Part shown: positions 28,746 through 37,952 of the stretch, piece after piece | Numbering within the stretch: position 1 is the stretch's first letter | Layout: each line of letters opens with the position of its first letter | Assembly: GCA_963675295.2 (NCBI GenBank) | Contig: CAXXKJ010000002.1 | Coordinates: 2,272,001-2,336,000 of the forward strand | Length of the DNA stretch: 64,000 nt | Origin: a bacterium | Lineage (GTDB): Bacteria > Electryoneota > Electryoneia > Electryoneales > Electryoneaceae | Direction: 5' to 3' | Program-made: the position numbers and the translations under genes | Notes under the pieces: generated by a model | What the model was told of the DNA's origin: nothing | The model's database searches: none | The model's input: only the letters and a program-made list of their open reading frames with translations

Positions 28746-28975
28746 TGGACATACCAGCTAGTTGCGAATCGGTAATTCTTTGAAAACACTGGCACATCCC
28801 TTGAGATTCCCGAGATCGTCCGTCTCTGGAGTTATCGTGTAAATTTAACAAAGTTGTGTAGATGGATCTTGTTTTTGATCCTTTTCGCCTATATTGATCA
28901 GGGTTGATAGACGTCAAGACGGTTTAACCAGAGTTGCCGCAGGATGGGATTGGCCGCCGTGGCAGGGAGAAAGAA

Positions 28976-29197
28976 ATGACAGGGAAGGTGAAGTGGTTCG
29001 ACTCTAAAAAGGGATTCGGATTTATTGATGTAGGTACCGGACAGGATGTATTTGTCCACTATTCGTCGATCGAGGGACAGGGATTTCGCGATCTGGCGGA
29101 GGGGGAAGACGTCGAGCTGGAAATCGTGGAAGGTCCGAAGGGGCCGTCGGCGAAGGATGTGCGCAAAGTCAATCAGGCGCAATCGACAAGCTGGTAG
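28976..29197 (+). CDS. Cold-shock domain protein
   Basis: [15 protein letters not shown] (RNP1), DVFVHYS (RNP2). Confidence 0.97.
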   Translation: MTGKVKWFDSKKGFGFIDVGTGQDVFVHYSSIEGQGFRDLAEGEDVELEIVEGPKGPSAKDVRKVNQAQSTSW

Positions 29198-29380
29198 AAC
29201 GCGGCGCGTTCAAATTTGTCACGTACATCTGAACACTGAGTAGGCGAGTCCAGAGGTCAACGAAGGGCTTGCATCTGGATCTGTCGAGTGGGCATTGTTG
29301 TCTGTCGTCACGGAGCGGGCTCCGTGCGCGTTAGCCGGCGAGGCAAAAGGCAGATTCAGTCACGATGTGCTGAGCTTTTA

Positions 29381-29405
29381 CCCGGCTGAACAGGCCGGTT
29401 TTTTC
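29381..29405 (+). terminator. Terminator-like hairpin
   Basis: ccggc..gccgg followed by tttttt. Confidence 0.55.
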
Positions 29406-29422
29406 ATGCAGGGGACAGGGAG

Positions 29423-30076
29423 TTGATGCGGACGTTGAGGGGCAGAAGCTGGCAGGGATTGTCAACTGTGATCGTGGTGTTGGTCGTGGCGGTCTGGGGG
29501 ATCGCTCAGCCACAGATGGAATCCAGCGCCGACGGTCGCAGTGAGTCGATTGTACGGCAGGCGATCGCGCACTATGCGACGCACACCCAGTGCAAGCTTG
29601 AGGATATTTACAAGTACGTGCACCAGGCGACACTGGGCCCGGGTCATTTGCAGCTGAACCGGGAGCAGGCGGCGCAGTACCTGCTGCGGGAGTGGAACGC
29701 GCTGCCGTCGGTGGATAACGGCGACCACATTTTCGAGCCGCTCGGCGAAACGTATCAGCGGATCAACCTCCAAGCCTACAAGGCGTCCGGCGGCAAGGTG
29801 ATGGATGTGCTGGACGCGTTCATGGCGTCGATGAATGCTGAGGCGGATACGACGCTGCTCGATTCCACGTGGACACGCACCACGCGCCTGCTGGAGACGA
29901 CTGGCCTGGTTCCCGCGGACAGCCTGGCATCATTCACGGAACGGGTTCGCGCATCGGATTGGCCGCTCTATCACCATAGCGAACAGTACGCGAACGCGTA
30001 CAAGCCTCATTATCGTGTGATTACGATGGCGGAGGGGGTCGCGTTGATGGAGAAGCTGGGGACGTGGGAGCCGTAA
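29423..30076 (+). CDS. Conserved hypothetical exported protein
   Basis: N-terminal hydrophobic signal; EDIYKYVHQATLGPGH and HHSEQYANAYKPHYRVI blocks; host-like codon usage. Confidence 0.75.
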   Translation: MMRTLRGRSWQGLSTVIVVLVVAVWGIAQPQMESSADGRSESIVRQAIAHYATHTQCKLEDIYKYVHQATLGPGHLQLNREQAAQYLLREWNALPSVDNGDHIFEPLGETYQRINLQAYKASGGKVMDVLDAFMASMNAEADTTLLDSTWTRTTRLLETTGLVPADSLASFTERVRASDWPLYHHSEQYANAYKPHYRVITMAEGVALMEKLGTWEP

Positions 30077-30103
30077 GGCGGAAGAAATAGCGCAGAAACA
30101 ACG

Positions 30104-30136
30104 AACGGGACGCGGCATTGGCCACGTCCCGTTTTT
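30104..30136 (+). terminator. Intrinsic terminator
   Basis: aacgggacgcggc-attg-gccacgtcccgtt followed by ttt. Confidence 0.7.
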
Positions 30137-30157
30137 ACAGCTCAAAGCCGTGACGGA

Positions 30158-30517
30158 TTACATCGGCTGGTTCTGGACGAGACCGACCATGTTGCCGTCC
30201 GGATCATTGAACATGGCGATGGTCGGACCGTTGGGGACCTCCATCTTCGGCACGATGACCGTGCCGCCGAGTTCCTGTACCTTGGCAATGGAGGCGTCGA
30301 TGTCGTCCACGCCGACGTAGAAGGTGGCATACATCGCGCCGTTACTCATGTCACTACCGCCGATGCCGCCGCCGAGGCCGGTGTCTTTCTCAGATGTCAT
30401 ACCATAGCCAGGCATGGATTCGTTGTCATACTGCCAGCCGAACAGGTCGGTGTAGAACTTCTGTGACGTGTTGGCGTCCTTACCGATGATTTCAAACCAG
30501 ACAATCTTGTCAGCCAT
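30158..30517 (-). CDS. VOC/glyoxalase family protein
   Basis: IVWFEI, FYTDLFGW, FYVGVDDI, FNDPDGNMVGL; RBS ggagagg. Confidence 0.92.
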   Translation of the reverse strand: MADKIVWFEIIGKDANTSQKFYTDLFGWQYDNESMPGYGMTSEKDTGLGGGIGGSDMSNGAMYATFYVGVDDIDASIAKVQELGGTVIVPKMEVPNGPTIAMFNDPDGNMVGLVQNQPM

Positions 30518-30917
30518 GATACCCTCTCCTTGTACACCGTGAATGTGCGTCAGTTCACTTCCCACATGTTGCAGCTGCAACACTAACCATATGTTCAGTG
30601 AAATGCAAGGGCGAGTTGAAAGTTTGGCGACCCTAAGAGAGGCGGGTTGGGAGACGGGTCGTGTGAAACGGATGAAGGTGGGTTGAGCGCGGGAGAGGCA
30701 GATAGACTGTGGGTCATTCTGACGTCGAGTGTATTTGCGACGGAACAAGGTCCGGAGTATCAATAATTCAGACAGTTTGTCCATCGTCCGTGAAGCAAAT
30801 TCTGCCAAGCTGGCTCTTCCTCACTTCTCTTCGTTCCGTTCGGAATGACGTGCTGGCCGAAAGGTGATGGTTGATTCACAGATTGGGGCGTGGAGTGTCA
30901 GGGTGGGGACGGGGTGG

Positions 30918-30937
30918 CCCAGACATGAATGTCTGGG
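30918..30937. repeat. cccagaca-TGAA-tgtctggg REP-like hairpin, copy 2
   Basis: Identical to 15272-15291 except for one loop base. Confidence 0.8.
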
Positions 30938-31015
30938 GCATGGTTAGTCGGACTGGAATTGAGTACAGGATAAACTTACTAGATCAGCTATACGGGATCA
31001 GCTTGCAGGATCCAC

Positions 31016-32062
31016 CTACAGGATCAGCATCGCGTCGCCGTAGGAGAAGAAGCGGTAGTTCATTTCGACGGCTTCCTCATAGGTGGCGAGGATGCGTTCC
31101 CGTCCGGCGAGGGAGCTGACGAGCATCATCAGTGTTGAACCCGGCAGGTGGAAGTTGGTGACCATCGCGTCCACGGCTTTGAAGGTGTAGGGCGGGCGGA
31201 TGAAGAGCGCGGTGCGTCCGGACGCGGGCGCAAAGGAACCGTCCTCGCGGACCACGGATTCCAGCGTGCGGACGGAGGTGGTGCCGACGGCGATGATACG
31301 TCCACCACGGGCGCGGGTGGCGTTCAATTTCTCGGAGGTGGTTTGGTCGATGGTGTAGCGCTCCTCGTCCATGCGATGATCGGCGAGGTTTTCGACCTCG
31401 ACCGGCCGGAAGGTACCGATGCCGACGTGCAGGGTGAGGTACGCGGTGTCGACGCCGTTGCCGCGCAAGGTTTCGAGCAGTTCCGGGGTGAAGTGTAGCC
31501 CGGCGGTGGGGGCGGCGACGGAGCCTTTGTGTATCGCGTATACGGTCTGGTAGCGGTCACGGTCATGGTCGACCGGTGCGCGGTGGATGTATGGCGGTAG
31601 CGGAACCGCACCGGCGCCGTTAAGCCACGCCCAGAATCCGTCGACGGTGGTCTCGGTGTAATCAGCTGAAAAACGGACCAGCCGCCGGCCGGCGTCGCCC
31701 TCTTCAAGTACGGTTGCGGACCAGCCTCCGTTAAATCGGACACGCGTGTCCGATTTAAGGCGTTTGGCGGGACGGGCGAGGCAATCCCAGGTCAGGGGTG
31801 CGGTTTCTTCGAGCAGCAACAGCTCAACCTGACCACCGGTGTCGCGGTGCCCGTGCAGGCGTGCCGGGATGACACGAGTGTTGTTGAAGACCAGGGTATC
31901 GCCGGGATTGAGGAAATCGGGCAGGTCGCGGAAGTGGAGGTGCTGGTTGTCGCCACGGGAACGGTCGAGCACGAGCAGACGGCTGGCGTCGCGGGGTTCA
32001 ACGGCCTGTTGCGCGATCCGGTCTTCGGGCAGATGGTAGAGGTAGTCGCTGCGTTTATCCAT
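31016..32062 (-). CDS. queA: S-adenosylmethionine:tRNA ribosyltransferase-isomerase
   Basis: FNNTRVIPARL, PLPPYI, AAPTAGLHFT, AVGTTSVRTLE, TNFHLP, YRFFSYGDAM. Confidence 0.97.
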   Translation of the reverse strand: MDKRSDYLYHLPEDRIAQQAVEPRDASRLLVLDRSRGDNQHLHFRDLPDFLNPGDTLVFNNTRVIPARLHGHRDTGGQVELLLLEETAPLTWDCLARPAKRLKSDTRVRFNGGWSATVLEEGDAGRRLVRFSADYTETTVDGFWAWLNGAGAVPLPPYIHRAPVDHDRDRYQTVYAIHKGSVAAPTAGLHFTPELLETLRGNGVDTAYLTLHVGIGTFRPVEVENLADHRMDEERYTIDQTTSEKLNATRARGGRIIAVGTTSVRTLESVVREDGSFAPASGRTALFIRPPYTFKAVDAMVTNFHLPGSTLMMLVSSLAGRERILATYEEAVEMNYRFFSYGDAMLIL

Positions 32063-32072
32063 GTGAGGGATG

Positions 32073-32100
32073 GTCTCTAGTCTCTCGTCTCAGGTCTCTC
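32073..32100. repeat. Degenerate heptamer tract (gtctcNN)x4
   Basis: gtctcta gtctctc gtctcag gtctctc. Confidence 0.75.
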
Positions 32101-32148
32101 GGCGCGTCTGTGATCCGTTGTGCGACGTCAGCGATGAACGGAACTGCG

Positions 32149-32255
32149 GCGTCCCTACAGGACGCAACGAAGAGAGGTGGGTGGCCTCTTTCGTTGGATG
32201 GCCTCTCTCGTGTGGCTGAAGCCACACGCTAACCACGTCCCGCCGCTACGCGGCG
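32149..32255. repeat. 107-bp REP-like element, copy 2
   Basis: Same three conserved hairpin blocks at the same spacing as 12679-12785. Confidence 0.9.
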
Positions 32256-32325
32256 TTAAACAAGCAAGCCGACATGCGGCTGCACGGCCTTAAACAGGCA
32301 AGCCGACTTGCGGCTGCACGGCGTT
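32251..32325. repeat. 34-bp tandem duplication (2.2 units)
   Basis: cggcgttaaacaagcaagccgacatgcggctgca / cggccttaaacaggcaagccgacttgcggctgca / cggcgtt. Confidence 0.85.
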
Positions 32326-32344
32326 GCGGAACACCCAGTCCTGG

Positions 32345-33373
32345 TTAGAACAACCGGGCCTGGGGGTTGAACTCATTGGGATTGCGTCCGACGAGCTCGA
32401 AGGCGGCGGCTGTGGCGACACGGCCGCGCTGGGTGCGTTCGAGAAAGCCCTGTTGAATCAGGAACGGCTCGTACAGTTCCTCGATGGTGCCGGAGTCCTC
32501 GCCGATGCTGACGGCAAGGGTGCCCAAACCGACCGGCCCGCCGCGGTACTTGAGGATGATCGCCTCAAGGATGCGTTTGTCCATGTCGTCGAGGCCGTGC
32601 TCGTCGATTTCGAGGCGTTCGAGCGAACTGTGGGCGATCTCGGCGGTCAGTTTGCCGGAGCCCTCGACTTCAGCGAAGTCACGGAGACGCCGGAGCAGGC
32701 GGTTGGCGACGCGGGGTGTGCCCCGGCTGCGCAGGGCGACCTGGACGGCGGCGTCGGTGTCCATGTCCACATCGAGTTTTGACGCGTTGCGTGTGATGAT
32801 GGTCTGGATCTCGTCGCGGGAATAATAGTCCAGCCGTCCGGTGATGCCGAAACGATTGCGTAGCGGCGCGCTGAGCAGGCCGGCGCGTGTGGTCGCGGCG
32901 ATCAGGGTGAACGGCGGCAGGTTAAGCTGAACGCTGCGTGCGGCCGGGCCGCGGTCGATGAGGATATCGAGCCGGAAATCCTCCATCGCCGGGTAGAGGT
33001 ACTCCTCGACGACTTTGTTGAGCCGGTGAATCTCGTCGATGAACAGGACTTCGCCCTCGTCCAGCTTGGTCAGCAGGCCGGCGAGGTCGGCGGGTTTCTC
33101 GAGAACGGGTCCGCTGGTGATGTGTAGCCGGACGCCCATTTCCTGTGCGATAATGCCGGCGAGGGTGGTCTTGCCGAGCCCGGGGGGACCGTAGAAGAGG
33201 CAGTGGTCGAGCGCCTGTTCACGTTGCCTGGCAGCGGCGACGAACACCTCGAGGTTCGCTTTCAGCTTGTCCTGTCCGACATAATCCTCGAAGCGGAGCG
33301 GTCGCAGGGACCGGTCGAGCTCCTGTTCGCCGGGCAGCGGGGTACCGCTGGTTATGCGTTCTTGTTCATCCAT
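32345..33373 (-). CDS. ruvB: Holliday junction branch migration helicase RuvB
   Basis: [37 protein letters not shown]. Confidence 0.97.
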   Translation of the reverse strand: MDEQERITSGTPLPGEQELDRSLRPLRFEDYVGQDKLKANLEVFVAAARQREQALDHCLFYGPPGLGKTTLAGIIAQEMGVRLHITSGPVLEKPADLAGLLTKLDEGEVLFIDEIHRLNKVVEEYLYPAMEDFRLDILIDRGPAARSVQLNLPPFTLIAATTRAGLLSAPLRNRFGITGRLDYYSRDEIQTIITRNASKLDVDMDTDAAVQVALRSRGTPRVANRLLRRLRDFAEVEGSGKLTAEIAHSSLERLEIDEHGLDDMDKRILEAIILKYRGGPVGLGTLAVSIGEDSGTIEELYEPFLIQQGFLERTQRGRVATAAAFELVGRNPNEFNPQARLF

Positions 33374-33571
33374 GAGATTCGGCTGATGGTATGGGTTTGG
33401 CCGGGCTGTTGCCGGATCGTGCAACTTATTCCGCGACAAGGTAGGGCGCAAGCAGGGTGGGGGTGGAGCTTCTCCGGCATCGTTCCGAGCACGGGCTCCT
33501 GTTTGGCGCGGGTGTGTCGAACACGTAGATTACAACGTTTTTGCACCCACACGAAGATCAGGAACCCGTTC

Positions 33572-34417
33572 ATGCGCCGCAGCAGGCCCCTCGCCCGTCC
33601 GACACGTCTGTCCAGCCCGGACCTCGCCGGTCCGCCAACTCCGTCCGATTACTGGCGTCGCGAGGATGATGCCCGTCTCGACAATGTCGCGGTGGTGCTC
33701 GTCGAACCGGCTCGTCCGGAGAATGTCGGTGCGGCGGCGCGTGCGATGAAAACGATGGGACTGCGGCGGTTGATCGTGGTTGGCTCAGACGCGTGGCGCA
33801 GTGGCAAAGCTCGCGCGTTGGCGGTGGGTGCTGGCGAGCTGCTGGAGGCGGTGGAGGAATACGCGACTCTCGCCGAAGCGGTGGAACACATGCGTGCCGT
33901 CGCGATTACAACAGCCAGACGCCGCAGGCGGACACGTCCGGTACATCCGGTCGAGGCCGTCGCACCGCACCTGCTGTCGATTGCGAAGAGCGGTCCGGTG
34001 GCGATTGTCTTTGGCCGGGAAGAGTGGGGCTTGCGCAATGAAGAGCTGTTGCTCGGGGATTTCTGGACGACGATTCCGATGGCGACGGCGTATCCGTCGC
34101 TGAACCTTGCGCAGTCGATCATGCTGGTGTGTCACGAGATTGCGAAAGCGTCGACTGGACCGTTGCCCGACTATCCGTGGGAACCGGCTCCGAAGGGGGA
34201 ACGGCAGCGGGTGCTCGAACATGCGGCGGAGACGATGCTGAAGGCCGGGTTGCAGCCGCGTCCGGACATTGAAGGCTACCAGATGGTGCTCGGGCGGGTG
34301 TTGGACCGCGCGTTGCTGGAGGACCGGGACGTGCAGGTGCTGCACGGACTCTTCCACCAAATGGACATTTACATGCACCGGTACAAGTTGCAGAACAAAG
34401 AAAGCTCGCATGCGTAA
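33572..34417 (+). CDS. SPOUT RNA methyltransferase, TrmJ/LasT-like
   Basis: VVLVEP..ENVGAAARAMKTMG, VFGREEWGL, SLNLAQS; start uncertain. Confidence 0.88.
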   Translation: MRRSRPLARPTRLSSPDLAGPPTPSDYWRREDDARLDNVAVVLVEPARPENVGAAARAMKTMGLRRLIVVGSDAWRSGKARALAVGAGELLEAVEEYATLAEAVEHMRAVAITTARRRRRTRPVHPVEAVAPHLLSIAKSGPVAIVFGREEWGLRNEELLLGDFWTTIPMATAYPSLNLAQSIMLVCHEIAKASTGPLPDYPWEPAPKGERQRVLEHAAETMLKAGLQPRPDIEGYQMVLGRVLDRALLEDRDVQVLHGLFHQMDIYMHRYKLQNKESSHA

Positions 34418-35795
34418 ACACACCGGGACAACGCACGGCAGTTCAAACGAGGCGATCGACCGTTCGCACCGGATCAGCCGGTTCGGCATGGGGAGGTTGC
34501 TGCGGGTTGTTTTGTTGTTTGCCGTTGCCGTGTTGATTGTTCCCTCCGTGTTTGCGACCACGATTGCGGTTGCTCCGCTGAAAACCAGCTCGATGTTCGA
34601 CAAGTTTGACGATGCGGATTACGTCGAATTCCGGTCGCAGCTTCACGACGCTCTGGCTGATGATGACGATGTGGATCTGCTGAGTCTGGCAGCGGTTGAT
34701 TCGTTCGCCGCGTCGAAGGGTGTGACCTCCAGCGAGGGATGTTTCACGCTTGAGTGCATGCTTGAACTGGGCGAGGCGCTGGGAACAGACCTGGTGGTAG
34801 CGGTTGCGTTGAACGGGGAATTGCGTTCCTCGTTGATCCAGTATGAAGTGCGAGTGCTGGATGTGGCGCAGGGCCGAGTGGTTGAACGGGAGTTCGGTAG
34901 CGGGTCGGAAGCGTACGAGATGCCGGAGCGGGAGGTCAAAGAGGTTCTTCGCGACCTGGTGTCGCGTCATGTGAATCCCAAGGCGTTTTTGACGGTGAAA
35001 ACGATCCCGGCGGAATCGGCGGTGCTGTTGAACAACAATCCGGTCGGGTTCGCACCGTTGACGATCGAGCGTCCGAGCGGGTTGACGGATACGGTGACGG
35101 CGGTCCGGCACGGGTATGTGAGCGAGACGGACTATATCAAGCTCGATCCCGGCGAGGAACGTACGTTGACGTTGGAATTATCGCAGCAGACACCGGTTAC
35201 GATTCGTGAGTTTCCGGAGATCCACCTGTATGTGATCGGTGGACAGCCTTTGGACCAGGCGTCCTCGAACCTCGATTCGCGGATCTCGTGGGGGACCGGT
35301 AGCAGTTTCGGGTTCCGGGTCGATGCCGGATCGATCTGGCGCATCGGACTGGGTTTCTTCCTGTACGACGGCGAGTTGGACGATACCGATGCGGAGTTGT
35401 TCGGGAACGCCAACATACAGACCAACCCGGATGCGGTCGCAACGGCGGTCCATTCCAACCTGTTCTACTATCCCGGCAGCGACTTGTTTTCACCGTACTT
35501 CGGCATTGGTGTCGCCGCGTTGCAGCGGAACATCACGCTAACCGGCGTCAATGGACTCGAGGAAGAGCGCAGCACCGACTTCGAAGCAGCGTGGATGTTT
35601 ATGGTCGGGATGGAGGCGAAGGTGTACGGCCCGGCTCGGTTCCAGATCGAACTGATGCACGCGCGTACGTTGATTGAGAGCGACGCGTGGTCGTTAGCCG
35701 AGGATTCGCCGGAGTATCGCGCGGTGTGGGAGCGTTCGTTCGACGATTTCCGTTCCATGACTGTTCTTCGTGCCGGATTCGGTTTCACCTTCTGA
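34410..35795 (+). CDS. Exported PEGA-domain protein with C-terminal outer-membrane beta-barrel
   Basis: Signal peptide (alternative start 34488); LTVKTIPAESAVLLNNNPVGFAPL PEGA-like segment; SPYFGIGV; terminal RAGFGFTF. Confidence 0.75.
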   Translation: MRKHTGTTHGSSNEAIDRSHRISRFGMGRLLRVVLLFAVAVLIVPSVFATTIAVAPLKTSSMFDKFDDADYVEFRSQLHDALADDDDVDLLSLAAVDSFAASKGVTSSEGCFTLECMLELGEALGTDLVVAVALNGELRSSLIQYEVRVLDVAQGRVVEREFGSGSEAYEMPEREVKEVLRDLVSRHVNPKAFLTVKTIPAESAVLLNNNPVGFAPLTIERPSGLTDTVTAVRHGYVSETDYIKLDPGEERTLTLELSQQTPVTIREFPEIHLYVIGGQPLDQASSNLDSRISWGTGSSFGFRVDAGSIWRIGLGFFLYDGELDDTDAELFGNANIQTNPDAVATAVHSNLFYYPGSDLFSPYFGIGVAALQRNITLTGVNGLEEERSTDFEAAWMFMVGMEAKVYGPARFQIELMHARTLIESDAWSLAEDSPEYRAVWERSFDDFRSMTVLRAGFGFTF

Positions 35796-35930
35796 TGCGT
35801 CGTCCTCACTCATGAACACCTTCCGTCACCTGATTGTCCGCTTGATGAGACCAGCACCGGTCCGTGCGCTACTGGCGACTCTTTTCTCCGGGATTGCGTT
35901 GGTGCAGATTGTGGCGGTGAAGCGGTTGAG

Positions 35931-36125
35931 GTGATTGTATATCAGCACGCGAGGTGCTTACATGAGTCCGTCACAATCCTGCAAACGGAGCGTGGATTGC
36001 TTCCATACAAGTATGCAGAGGCGGACAGTGCCGGGCACCAGCTGTGGAAGATGCTGACCTCACAACCAGCTGTGGAGTACCTGTTTCGCGAGGAACCGGC
36101 AGATATCTCCGTCGATTTGGAGTGA
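35931..36125 (+). CDS. Possible small hypothetical protein (true start unclear)
   Basis: 64-aa ORF filling an intergenic gap; frame stays open upstream to 35796. Confidence 0.3.
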   Translation: MIVYQHARCLHESVTILQTERGLLPYKYAEADSAGHQLWKMLTSQPAVEYLFREEPADISVDLE

Positions 36126-36259
36126 GGAACGGTCCAGGAACCACTTGCGAATGCAGGTTGCTCAGTGACGGGGTGGACGGTATATTCGGAGCTGGTTGTA
36201 CAACGTTAACATTCAACAGGTAAAACCATTGCATCCCGAGGGATGCCACAGGAATACGG

Positions 36260-37744
36260 ATGACCAGAGATCAAGAAAACCTGATTGCACTATTCATCGA
36301 TTACGATAACATCGCCATCGGTTTGAAGGAATCCGGCGGAAAACCTTTCGAGGTCCGCCGTGTGCTGGAGCGTCTGCTGGAAAAGGGGCGCATCATTTAC
36401 AAGCGGGCGTATGCGGACTGGTATTTGTTTTCCGATGCCAAGCAGCCACTGCATGAACACGCGATCGAGATGATTGATATCCCGATGCGCCGGAACATCG
36501 GCAAAAACAGCGCCGATATCCGGATGGTGGTTGACGCGCTCGACCTCTGCTACACCAAGGAGCACATCGACACGTTCGTGATCGGATCCGGCGACAGCGA
36601 CTTCACGCCGCTGGTTTCGAAGCTGAAGGAAAACGACAAGCGTGTCATCGGTTTTGGCCTCACCCAGTCGACCAGCAACCTGCTGGCGAACAATTGCGAC
36701 GAATTCATTTTCTACGAAGACCTGGTCAGCCTGGCGGTGAACCGTCCGCAGCTGCCGATGGGTCTGACGAAACGCCAGGCGGATGCGTTCAATTTGATTC
36801 TGGATGCCGTCGCCGCGTTGATGCGTGAGAACAAGGATGCCCTCTGGGGCAGTTTGATCAAGGATACGATTCGCCGCAAGCGGCCGTCGTTCACTGAGGG
36901 CCAGTATGGCTATTCCAGCTTCTCACAGCTGCTGGAAGATGCGGCAAAGCATCAGCTGATCGGTTTGATCAAGGACCCGAAGTCGGGTGGTACGCCGGTG
37001 GTGACGGGCTTCGGCCTCGCCAGTGACGCGGATGCGGCGGCGAAGCTGAGCTCCGGCGCACAGGCCGCCCCGGCGCCGATGAAAGCGCCGAGCCTGCAGG
37101 TGAAGCCGGACAGTACGCGTCTGTTGAGCACCGACAACGGCACGGAAGAGAAGAAGCCGACGCGGACACGCACCCGCCGCCGTCCATCGACACGCAAGAC
37201 CGCTGCGGAAAAAGCCGCCGAGAAGGCTGCGAAGGAAGCCGCGGAGACGGAAACCGCCGACAAGAAGGACAGCGCCAAAGCGGAGAAGAAGGACGACGCC
37301 AAGGACGAGAAGAAGGAAACGAAGGCGGAGCTCGTCAAGCTTGACAAGGTGGAAGCGGAAAAGAAACCCGCCCGCCGGACCACGCGCCGTCGCAGCACCG
37401 CCAAGCCGAAGACGGATGACACGAAAGCTGAGGCGAAGGCGGACGAGAAGAAGACGGATGACACGAAGGCGGAAGAGCCGAAAGTTGAGGATAAAGTAGC
37501 CGAGGCGAAGGCGGATGATAGCGGGGAGAAGAAAGCCCCGGCACGGAAGCCACGCCGCCGCAGCACCGCAAAGCCAGCGAAGGACACGAAGGCTGCCGCA
37601 GAGGCCTCCAGCTCCGAGAGCGGGTCTGAGGCGAAAAAAGAGACAAAAGTCGAACCTGCTCCCGTAAGCTCGGAACCTGAGCAGGACAAACCGATTCCGA
37701 AGGGCGAGCCGTTGCGTACACGCGTGCGTCGCAGGCGGCGGTAA
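36260..37744 (+). CDS. NYN (LabA/DUF88) domain ribonuclease-like protein with OST-HTH/LOTUS domain and long charged disordered tail
   Basis: FIDYDN, KNSADIRMVVDA, SGDSDF; YGYSSFSQLLE; K/E/A-rich tail with Arg clusters. Confidence 0.9.
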   Translation: MTRDQENLIALFIDYDNIAIGLKESGGKPFEVRRVLERLLEKGRIIYKRAYADWYLFSDAKQPLHEHAIEMIDIPMRRNIGKNSADIRMVVDALDLCYTKEHIDTFVIGSGDSDFTPLVSKLKENDKRVIGFGLTQSTSNLLANNCDEFIFYEDLVSLAVNRPQLPMGLTKRQADAFNLILDAVAALMRENKDALWGSLIKDTIRRKRPSFTEGQYGYSSFSQLLEDAAKHQLIGLIKDPKSGGTPVVTGFGLASDADAAAKLSSGAQAAPAPMKAPSLQVKPDSTRLLSTDNGTEEKKPTRTRTRRRPSTRKTAAEKAAEKAAKEAAETETADKKDSAKAEKKDDAKDEKKETKAELVKLDKVEAEKKPARRTTRRRSTAKPKTDDTKAEAKADEKKTDDTKAEEPKVEDKVAEAKADDSGEKKAPARKPRRRSTAKPAKDTKAAAEASSSESGSEAKKETKVEPAPVSSEPEQDKPIPKGEPLRTRVRRRRR

Positions 37745-37952
37745 GACCCCGAGAGCGGAACGTTCTCGCGTCTGTGTTGGTATCAGGGTTAATTTGATGC
37801 GTTGACACTCGCGAGTTATCTTATTGATGTCCGCTTGCCATCGCGGACATTCGTGTATCTGACAGAAGCATACCGTTGGAGGTAGTTCCTCGAAGCTTGT
37901 TCACGGTCCTGATCGTAGGTAGTGACACACGATGAGTTGAGGTAACGGCCTG

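Noticed and set aside
29230-29405. SRP RNA, tmRNA, RNase P or 6S RNA
   Set aside because: No signature motifs recognised by eye; left as an unclassified structured region.
35793-35795. Selenocysteine readthrough of the TGA
   Set aside because: The upstream protein ends with a canonical terminal Phe beta-signal, and there is no redox context or evident SECIS.
36952-37689. 245-aa S/A/F-rich antisense ORF
   Set aside because: Mirror of the low-complexity K/E/A tail of the NYN protein.
37802-37830. Sigma70 promoter for sprA (TTGACA)
   Set aside because: Perfect -35 but no acceptable -10 at 16-18 bp spacing.
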